From a virus: a stretch of 6,331 nt of DNA. This document shows positions 1-5,517 of the stretch, one piece after another. The position numbers and the translations under genes were made by a program. Within the stretch, counting starts at the first letter, position 1; each line of letters opens with the position of its first letter. The DNA lies in the IMG/VR virus record IMGVR_UViG_3300029905_000179, positions 1 through 6,331 of that record. One strand, written 5' to 3'. The notes beneath the pieces are model-generated. The model saw only the letters and a program-made list of their open reading frames with translations. It was not told where the DNA came from and searched no databases.

Positions 1-80
1 ATAAAACTATCTCTTTTCGTTTTAGAAGGTGATTTAAAATCAGAAATAATCTTCTGAATGTCTTTAATAAACTTATCCAT
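1..80 (-). CDS. Wrap-around duplicate of the 5' end of the 123-aa ORF (first 26 codons plus 2 nt). It is not an independent gene.
   Basis: A minus-strand ATG at 80-78 corresponds to the ATG at 6312-6310 (80 + 6232 = 6312). The sequence is identical because it lies inside the terminal redundancy. Confidence 0.6.
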   Translation of the reverse strand, partial: MDKFIKDIQKIISDFKSPSKTKRDSF

Positions 81-99
81 AATTATTATCCATTTGTTG
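1..99. repeat. Terminal redundancy, copy 1, of a circular genome. It is identical to 6233..6331.
   Basis: Base-by-base comparison shows nt 1-99 equal nt 6233-6331 (99/99). A direct terminal repeat of this kind on a ~6 kb contig is the usual signature of a circular molecule assembled past its own start. The unit length is 6232 nt. Confidence 0.95.
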
Positions 100-102
100 A
101 TA

Positions 103-134
103 CAAAGATACAAAAAAATAACTTACCAACCAAA
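103..134 (-). promoter_or_regulatory. Candidate Bacteroidota-type promoter (-33 TTTG, 20-nt spacer, -7 TAnnTTTG) upstream of the 123-aa ORF.
   Basis: The minus strand reads TTTG (134-131), then 20 nt, then TATCTTTG (110-103). The ORF ATG is at 80. By visual scan this is the only exact TAnnTTTG match I found in an intergenic position on the coding strand. The motif definition comes from published Bacteroides fragilis promoter consensus. The region is very A/T-rich, so a chance match is possible. Confidence 0.35.
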
Positions 135-172
135 AAAAATTAAAAATATTTTAACTTAATGATGGTCAGTAA

Positions 173-217
173 GTTACAACAAGTAACAAAAATGTTACCA
201 AGTAACAGAAGTGTTAC
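173..217. repeat. Array of five GTAAC/GTTAC half-sites, comprising two tandem GTAACA-N4-TGTTAC palindromes plus one extra half-site. It spans the VP2 stop codon.
   Basis: Half-sites are gttac 173-177, gtaaca 183-188, tgttac 193-198, gtaaca 202-207 and tgttac 212-217. The units aagtaacaAaaAtgttacca (181-200) and aagtaacaGaaGtgttacca (200-219) match at 18/20. Half-site spacing is about 9-11 nt. Confidence 0.7.
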
Positions 218-1379
218 CACTAGAGGTAGCGCCATAAGAACTACCTCCAGCGGTGGGAATAAATCCAGCAATGGAGTTAAGCACATTGCAAATGTTACCT
301 ATAATGGCATCAGCATTACGACGCTTACGACCTTGTTTCATCTCTTTCAACAACTCATCAACATATCCACCGTCCATCAACTCTTGCTGCTTGATATATT
401 CTAAGGTGGCAATTTGCGCCTCTGCATATGCCTTTGTCTGCTGCTCTTTAACAACAACACTTTGAGCATTTGTCATCATTGTCTGTGCGGCAATGAGTTC
501 CTGCTGGAGTTGGCCTAGGCGTTCCTGCTGGTCTTTCTTAATCCTGGTCAGCATGCCCTGCATTTGAAGAAGATACTCGCGCTGCTCGGACTCGTCAATC
601 TGTTGTGTCATAAGTTCAATTTTCTTACCATTAACCTCAATTGTCTTTGTTTTCAAAAGCGTATCCTCTTTAATGTTAGAAATTTCAGCGCGAATTTTAT
701 TAATTGTCTCCTCTTTGTACATCTGGTCTAATTGTGCATTATATCGCTTAAATTCTAAATCAATAGACTTAGATAAATTATCAAGCATTTGACCATCTGA
801 CTGCTGATATTTCAACTGTGTATCTGCAGTATAATTATCGGCTTGAGCGCGGGATACCTGGTTCTGTGCACGGTTACGCAACATCTGGGAAATAGAACTA
901 CCAAGAGAAGCACCTGTACCAGCAACACCAGTAAGCATTTGGAAAACACCCATCAACTGCTCAAATGAATTGGACATCGGACGGGTAGAGGAGGGAGCAG
1001 AAGCACCACTGCCAGAAGAAGGAGTCTGGCCACTTTGTACCGCAGGAGCATTAATTGAACCGCTAGCATACATCATAGCGGGGTTTATACCATTTTGACG
1101 CATCTGGTCAATCTGGCCACCGATAGACTGATAACGTTCATACATTTCTTCCTGCCAGGCACGGTCTTCGCGATACATGTTCTGTTGCCATTGGTTCTGC
1201 TGATTCTGCATCCAGTACTGATAGAACATATTAGCGTAATCAGTACCACCTGGTAAAACACCATTCTCTTCATCCTGAATAGAACCAGTTCCACCATGTA
1301 TAGAGCGAACAAACGCCTGAAATTCAGGGTCATCGAACCAGGAAGCATAATCTCTGTTTTTTTTTCTATAACTTGACAT
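195..1379 (-). CDS. VP2: Microvirus DNA pilot / minor capsid protein (VP2-like, functional analogue of phiX174 gpH), 394 aa.
   Basis: This is a long ORF downstream of the capsid gene on the same strand. It is Gln-rich with a long predicted coiled-coil C-terminal half, a Gly/Ser/Ala-rich low-complexity segment, and an NGINPAMMY motif resembling the (A/N)G(L/I)NPxL motif I recall in microvirus VP2 proteins. The stop is TAA at 195-197. The assignment rests on recognition and synteny, not on a search. Confidence 0.75.
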   Translation of the reverse strand: MSSYRKKNRDYASWFDDPEFQAFVRSIHGGTGSIQDEENGVLPGGTDYANMFYQYWMQNQQNQWQQNMYREDRAWQEEMYERYQSIGGQIDQMRQNGINPAMMYASGSINAPAVQSGQTPSSGSGASAPSSTRPMSNSFEQLMGVFQMLTGVAGTGASLGSSISQMLRNRAQNQVSRAQADNYTADTQLKYQQSDGQMLDNLSKSIDLEFKRYNAQLDQMYKEETINKIRAEISNIKEDTLLKTKTIEVNGKKIELMTQQIDESEQREYLLQMQGMLTRIKKDQQERLGQLQQELIAAQTMMTNAQSVVVKEQQTKAYAEAQIATLEYIKQQELMDGGYVDELLKEMKQGRKRRNADAIIGNICNVLNSIAGFIPTAGGSSYGATSSGNTSVTW

Positions 1380-1385
1380 AACAAA

Positions 1386-1709
1386 TCAAATAAATGATGC
1401 AATTGAAGCCAATGTTTGCAAAGCAAAGTTCACACCTTTAAGAGCCTTGCTATAACCACTCTGTTTCTTAGCCTGACGCTTCTCCTGGGAAGTCAAACCA
1501 GTACCGGAATAATCAGGCTTAAACAAATCAGAGAAAAAATCCATTCCAGACGAAATAGAGCCAATTATACTAGCATAAGGAGCAACCTGGGAAAGACCAT
1601 GACGTAATTTCTGACCAAAAGTTGGTCCAGGAGACGGACGCATATGTAAAGAGGGAGAACTCATAGTAGTAACTGGACCTCTTATATTTCGAAAAGCATA
1701 ACTTGACAT
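1386..1709 (-). CDS. Hypothetical protein, 107 aa, immediately upstream of and in frame with VP2.
   Basis: An ATG-initiated ORF fills the gap between the hairpin and VP2. It ends in TGA at 1386-1388, 6 nt before the VP2 ATG. It shares a 15-nt start context and the first four codons (MSSY) with VP2. I recognise no domain. Confidence 0.6.
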   Translation of the reverse strand: MSSYAFRNIRGPVTTMSSPSLHMRPSPGPTFGQKLRHGLSQVAPYASIIGSISSGMDFFSDLFKPDYSGTGLTSQEKRQAKKQSGYSKALKGVNFALQTLASIASFI

Positions 1710-1769
1710 AACTATTATGTTTTATTAACTGATTTTATGGATTCTGTCAAACCGCAATAATTACTCAAG

Positions 1770-1816
1770 AAAGGCGGCTTGCTCCCGAGCTGACTCGGGA
1801 GCGGGCTGCCGCCTTT
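1770..1816 (-). terminator. GC-rich nested hairpin, candidate intrinsic terminator or attenuator between the capsid block and the pilot-protein block.
   Basis: The outer stem is aaaggcggc (1770-1778) paired with gccgccttt (1808-1816). The inner stem is gctcccgag (1781-1789) paired with ctcgggagc (1794-1802), with the 4-nt loop ctga. On the coding strand the stem is followed by CUUGAG after the stem's own UUU, so the U-tract is weak. It lies in the 112-nt gap between the 99-aa ORF stop (1822) and the next ATG (1709). Confidence 0.5.
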
Positions 1817-1821
1817 GACAA

Positions 1822-2121
1822 TTATTCAGACGATTGTGCAGGTGCGGAAGTAGGGGCGCTGCTACCTGCCTGCTGCGTACTACCATGTCCCTGGTTAGCA
1901 ACTAATCCAGCCTTTTTGAGGGCACGAGAGAGCATAATCGCATCAAACTCATCGTTTATACGAATACCGACCTTTTCAATCTCCTGAATGCCATTATAAA
2001 CGACTTCTGCGGAATTATCAGTAATCTTATGTGTATCAATGAGTTCATCAATGTTAGGAAATAGTCCAGGTATCACTTTACCGACATCCTTTTTCTTATC
2101 AAATTTACAAATTTGTATCAT
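1822..2121 (-). CDS. Hypothetical protein, 99 aa, slightly acidic, with a Ser/Ala/Gln/Thr low-complexity C-terminal tail. A possible scaffolding-type accessory protein.
   Basis: The ATG ORF starts 12 nt after the VP1 stop on the same strand and ends in TAA at 1822-1824. I recognise no motif. The scaffolding suggestion is positional inference only. Confidence 0.6.
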   Translation of the reverse strand: MIQICKFDKKKDVGKVIPGLFPNIDELIDTHKITDNSAEVVYNGIQEIEKVGIRINDEFDAIMLSRALKKAGLVANQGHGSTQQAGSSAPTSAPAQSSE

Positions 2122-2133
2122 AATTATGTGAAA

Positions 2134-3783
2134 TTAAAGCATTCGACCACGATAAGGGATATCCTCTTTATGAGTGTCTTTAAGGTCACCGAGAGTTGGC
2201 ATTACCCACTCACTGAAAGGAGACACTTTTTTATAGTTCAAATACATATCAAGCCAAGCGGAAAAACCACTGACAGAAGTACTTACGGCCTGAACCTGGT
2301 CAAGATAAGATTCTGGTATTTGCAAAAATTCAGTAGACAAGTCAGGTGTATCAGAAGTAGGGAATGAACGCTGCAAAGCAAAAGCCTCAAGGTCAGAACC
2401 ATCTACCAAAAGACCATGTACCTCATCATCATGATACTTCACCTCGCTATACTGCTGCTGGTAACCGAAAATGGATTCTTTAAAACCAGTACCAAGCATA
2501 CCGTTCAACTCACAAGAATAGATAGGCTGCTCACCAAGCCCCTGCAAAAGGGGCATTGGTATATCACCTCTAGTGTTATACGTAAGGTGGCGCCTTATAC
2601 CAGTAGAATAGTAAGCGTGAGGAACAATAGATGCCAAAATCATGAGATAACCATGCTCGGTTGACTGGAAGCCAGAAACAAGATTACCATCCTTAAATCC
2701 TTGCGAAGAAGCACCAGAAGAACCAACGTTACCAATGAAAGGATTTCGAGAATCGTCAACAGTTGACTGACCACCTTGCTGATAAACAGAACGGTTGTAA
2801 ATGCCGAACATATCACTACCGAGGAAGATGGCACGATTAACGACTGCATCAGAAGGCATTGTACCGAAGTGACCTTTAATCTGGTCAGCATACTCCTCAC
2901 CACAAACGTTGTTACGCTCCATCCAGCGTTGGAGAACATTTGCCTGACGGAGGGCGGAAATAGAAATCTCACCAGTATCTCCAGATGTGTCAAACTCAAC
3001 GGTTGAGCCAAGAACGTCACCAGATGCCTGCGGATAAAGTGCAGCAGTGGTAAAATAGTCCTTTGCCCAATTACGCTGACGGAGTGCAAAAATAGAAACA
3101 TCATCAGCAAGTTTAAGTGGACCGAAAGTTGTTATATCTGGATCTGGACTTGACGCTTCAAGATAATTGAAACCAATCTCACCAGAAAACCAAGGAAGTG
3201 AACCAACGGTATTGATAACAGGCGAACCAGGAGTGGTACTTGTATTATAATTTACAAATACACGCTGCTGAATCTGCTTACTTCGATACCAATCATCATA
3301 TATCTTATGATAAGCAAGATAAGGAAGAATATTTGGAATGTAATAACCACCAGCGGGGCAAGAGGTCATATTAACCTTAGAACCAAGGTAATCAGTGAGA
3401 GAGCCACGACCAAAAATGGGGTTAGTACAATCAGTAGTAATAACATAAGGAAGACGAGTTGGACGGACAACGGGGGTAGAATAAGGATTGTTGAAAGGCA
3501 TAGTAAAGAAATTCTGCCAACCGCCCCAAAGGGTACGCATAGGGACGAAAAACGCTTCAAGACGCATATCAATGCGGCCGAAAAAGTTGGTTGCCATAGG
3601 GGGCAAGGTAACCTGGGAAAGGTGACCGATATTGAACGTCTCATTAGGTGAGACAAACTCGCAAAGCACGGGAACAAGAGTTCCGCACTTCATGGTGAGA
3701 AGATTCTCAAATGACATGTCGTAACCAGAGCGGTTAGGAATGTCCACTTTTTGACTAGTAAAGATTTTACTTAAATGTGCCAT
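2134..3783 (-). CDS. VP1: Microviridae major capsid protein (VP1 / phiX174 gpF family), 549 aa.
   Basis: The N-terminus NRSGYDMSFENLLTMKCGTLVPVLCEFVSPNETF fits the family pattern R-x-x-F/Y-D-L/M-S ... T-x-x-x-G-x-L-x-P ... V-x-P-G/N-D/E-T-F. It is followed by FFVPMRTLWGGWQNFF, the FFVPxRxxW hallmark. Size is typical for Gokushovirinae/Alpavirinae capsids. The stop is TAA at 2134-2136. Confidence 0.93.
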   Translation of the reverse strand: MAHLSKIFTSQKVDIPNRSGYDMSFENLLTMKCGTLVPVLCEFVSPNETFNIGHLSQVTLPPMATNFFGRIDMRLEAFFVPMRTLWGGWQNFFTMPFNNPYSTPVVRPTRLPYVITTDCTNPIFGRGSLTDYLGSKVNMTSCPAGGYYIPNILPYLAYHKIYDDWYRSKQIQQRVFVNYNTSTTPGSPVINTVGSLPWFSGEIGFNYLEASSPDPDITTFGPLKLADDVSIFALRQRNWAKDYFTTAALYPQASGDVLGSTVEFDTSGDTGEISISALRQANVLQRWMERNNVCGEEYADQIKGHFGTMPSDAVVNRAIFLGSDMFGIYNRSVYQQGGQSTVDDSRNPFIGNVGSSGASSQGFKDGNLVSGFQSTEHGYLMILASIVPHAYYSTGIRRHLTYNTRGDIPMPLLQGLGEQPIYSCELNGMLGTGFKESIFGYQQQYSEVKYHDDEVHGLLVDGSDLEAFALQRSFPTSDTPDLSTEFLQIPESYLDQVQAVSTSVSGFSAWLDMYLNYKKVSPFSEWVMPTLGDLKDTHKEDIPYRGRML

Positions 3784-3827
3784 ATAAACGATTAATTAAT
3801 AGATTTTCCTTTTTAGCGATAAACTCA

Positions 3828-5183
3828 TCATAGGTTATATTTGAGGCCTTTGGCGTAGAAATCGTATAGTTTACGCGTCTTCGACGCAGCACGGCGTAAA
3901 GCATCCTGACGAATCCATACCTCAGCGGCAACGAGACTTTCCAAATCCGTTCGGCCAAAGAGGAAGGACGCAACCTCGAATAGACGGTCATGTAAGCGCT
4001 TAGTACACTCATTGACCATATAAGCCTTAAACGTACGCCATATAGGACTCGTGACATCCTTACGCCAAACAAGGCGTTCCTTAAGTTCATTTGTTTTTTT
4101 ATCAACATACTGTACAAAAACTTTTATAGAGGGAAATACTTTATCAATGTAATAACGGGGTATACGGTAACGGAATCCGTTACGAAGTGTAGTAAAACAA
4201 TGAGATAACCACTCACAAAATTTAGGTGTGAGATAATACTTACGTGTATATAAACGGTCATAATGAACATTACCATCATTGTCTCTCCAAGACTTTATCT
4301 CTCGAATCTCTCTATGAGATATCTCTCGTCTGCCATCAGACAAGTCATTCCACTGCTCAATCATTTCAATCAAATCACTCATATAGTTAGAACCGAGTTT
4401 CTTGGAAATAAGACGGAAACACTTCGGAATGACATGATTGACAACATAGGGATTCTCTGCGAAAGAAGGCTTAGAACAATACTTAGCAACGTATGCCATA
4501 GCGTCACCGACACCGTTTTTTTTAAAATACTGAATGGGCCGACCTTTCCACTTAACATTACCATAATTGGACTGCCAATCAGAAATGAAGTATTTAGAAA
4601 AGTCTGCCACATTGAAATTGACGAAGATAACGGCATGATAGTGAGGGCGGAACGTAGAAGGGCCATACTCGCTGCATATAAAATACTTAAACTTAAGACG
4701 TTCACCATCATGGTCATATGCATACTGCTCACGTACACGTTTGAGCCAATTCTGAACATCTTGTTTTGAAACACAGGGAATTGGTATACCGACTTCAATG
4801 TTGTCAGGACACACATACGCTGAATGCTCATCAAGATGCTCACGCAAACGCCTCAAGTGCCTATTCTCTGGCATATTAACAAAATAGTTACGTATATTGT
4901 CCAGGTATTCAGGGTGCTCCGTTTCCTCAACATAATCGGTAAAACCGTCATCATCGTAAACTACACGGGATTCTACGGGAGTTTCAAGTGTAACATACGG
5001 AATATGATTATTGTCATAAGTCATTGTAATAAAATAAGCATACTTCCATTCACGGAATTCCTGCTCAAGACGGAATGTCCAATCATTCTGGTACTTTTGA
5101 ATACATTCAACACACTTACCGCAGGGGAAAGTAACAACTTCTCCTGTACTAAAATGGCGCATTGTGATTGGACTAATACACAT
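3828..5183 (-). CDS. VP4: Rolling-circle replication initiation protein (VP4 / phiX174 gpA-like HUH endonuclease), 451 aa.
   Basis: The N-terminal Cys cluster is FPCGKCVECIQKYQNDWTFRL. RCR motif I is FITMTY (nt 5016-5033). Motif II is the HUH element HYH within RPHYHAVIF (nt 4635-4643). Motif III is YVAKY with two Tyr (nt 4479-4493), the same pentapeptide as the phiX174 gpA active site. The stop is TGA at 3828-3830. Confidence 0.93.
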   Translation of the reverse strand: MCISPITMRHFSTGEVVTFPCGKCVECIQKYQNDWTFRLEQEFREWKYAYFITMTYDNNHIPYVTLETPVESRVVYDDDGFTDYVEETEHPEYLDNIRNYFVNMPENRHLRRLREHLDEHSAYVCPDNIEVGIPIPCVSKQDVQNWLKRVREQYAYDHDGERLKFKYFICSEYGPSTFRPHYHAVIFVNFNVADFSKYFISDWQSNYGNVKWKGRPIQYFKKNGVGDAMAYVAKYCSKPSFAENPYVVNHVIPKCFRLISKKLGSNYMSDLIEMIEQWNDLSDGRREISHREIREIKSWRDNDGNVHYDRLYTRKYYLTPKFCEWLSHCFTTLRNGFRYRIPRYYIDKVFPSIKVFVQYVDKKTNELKERLVWRKDVTSPIWRTFKAYMVNECTKRLHDRLFEVASFLFGRTDLESLVAAEVWIRQDALRRAASKTRKLYDFYAKGLKYNL

Positions 5184-5208
5184 AGGAATTCTTTGTTTTA
5201 CCGCTCTA

Positions 5209-5240
5209 AAAGGAGCACTGCTCCTTTGGCCGCGGGGCCA
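5209..5240 (-). promoter_or_regulatory. Two abutting small hairpins in the rep leader, candidate attenuator or translational control structure.
   Basis: Hairpin 1 is aaaggagc (5209-5216), loop act, gctccttt (5220-5227). Hairpin 2 is tggcc (5227-5231), loop gcgg, ggcca (5236-5240). They lie between the mini-ORF stop (5277) and the rep ATG (5183). Confidence 0.4.
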
Positions 5241-5276
5241 TAACCACGGAAGTTTTTCATGAGTTTAATTTTTATG

Positions 5277-5363
5277 CTAGTGTATGCTCTCAACGCAATT
5301 ACAACAAGGGAAAGTGACAACTTCTCCTGTACTCGAATAGAGCATTCGATTATTGACTCGCAT
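5277..5363 (-). pseudogene. Decayed duplicate of the rep 5' end, a 28-codon mini-ORF (MRVNNRMLYSSTGEVVTFPCCNCVESIH*).
   Basis: On the minus strand, nt 5363-5277 align to the first ~30 codons of rep (5183-5097). AGTACAGGAGAAGTTGT(C/T)ACTTTCCC matches at 25/26. About 43 of 54 positions match over the conserved core by hand alignment. The peptide STGEVVTFPC-x-x-CVE is shared. The third Cys is replaced by Ser and a TAG follows. Confidence 0.55.
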
Positions 5364-5372
5364 GAAGGTCGC

Positions 5373-5499
5373 TTCATTGTCACCTGCTAGGCACAAAGAT
5401 GCTATGCGCTCCACTGGTTGTCAAGGCTATAACAAGCGCTGCGCGGCCTTGACAACGTTACGCGCATGACGCTCAAAGTGCCTATCAGGTGACAATGAA
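5373..5499. other. Imperfect inverted repeat of about 127 nt (cruciform or long hairpin), candidate replication origin or primosome-recognition element.
   Basis: The outer stem pairs 5373-5394 with 5478-5499 (22 positions, 1 mismatch at 5387/5485). The middle stem pairs atgcgc 5404-5409 with gcgcat 5462-5467. The inner stem pairs gttgtcaaggc 5417-5427 with gccttgacaac 5446-5456 (11/11). The 18-nt apical loop contains agcgct and gcgcg. The element is non-coding and lies between the 86-aa ORF and the rep-like mini-ORF. Confidence 0.65.
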
Positions 5500-5517
5500 A
5501 CGCCGTACAAAGAACTA

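Noticed and set aside
1386-1388. TGA reassignment (genetic code 4 or 25) as the explanation for the in-frame TGA between the 107-aa ORF and VP2.
   Set aside because: TGA also terminates rep (3828), the 123-aa ORF (5941) and the 60-aa ORF (5762) at positions that give sensible gene boundaries and coupled starts. Global recoding is therefore unlikely. Only local readthrough remains as a hypothesis.
1746-1751. A perfect sigma70-type -35 (TTGACA on the minus strand) upstream of the 107-aa ORF, and the TTGACA motifs inside the cruciform inner stem (5419-5424 and 5449-5454).
   Set aside because: There is no acceptable -10 hexamer at 16-18 nt. The best is TAATAA, at 3/6 to TATAAT. The hexamers are also explained as arms of inverted repeats. 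The inferred host group does not use the sigma70 consensus.
1085-4843. Same-strand internal ORFs (1085..1426, 2640..3110, 3366..3677, 3767..4117, 4379..4843) as possible overprinted genes like phiX174 E, K or B.
   Set aside because: Every one is in the +1 frame relative to its host gene, with start offsets of 283, 673, 106, 1066 and 340 nt, all equal to 1 mod 3. That points to a systematic codon-usage effect that depletes +1-frame stops. Their Leu/Ser/Val/Ile-rich composition is what T-rich third positions produce in that frame. Overprinting cannot be excluded in this family, but the sequence alone does not support it. Conservation analysis in relatives would be needed.
5209-5227. AAAGGAG Shine-Dalgarno-like sequences on both strands.
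   Set aside because: On the coding strand the motif is 37 nt or more upstream of the rep ATG and is sequestered in a hairpin stem. On the plus strand the nearest ATG is ~45 nt away and opens only a 27-codon ORF. No other gene in the genome uses an SD.
159-5243. Plus-strand ORFs in the track: 159..404, 253..465, 1416..1607, 2113..2367, 2416..2664, 2776..3006, 3307..3651, 4263..4769 and 4824..5243.
   Set aside because: All of them lie antisense to minus-strand genes that have strong family motifs or tight operon packing. Their products are low-complexity or hydrophobic with no recognisable motifs. Microviridae transcribe one strand only. They are most simply explained as shadow ORFs.
5198-5383. 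The 61-aa ORF between rep and the cruciform.
   Set aside because: It starts at GTG inside the outer stem of the cruciform and runs through both leader hairpins. It is in a different frame from the stretch that is demonstrably homologous to the rep N-terminus. The 28-codon rep-like frame (5277..5363) explains the region better.
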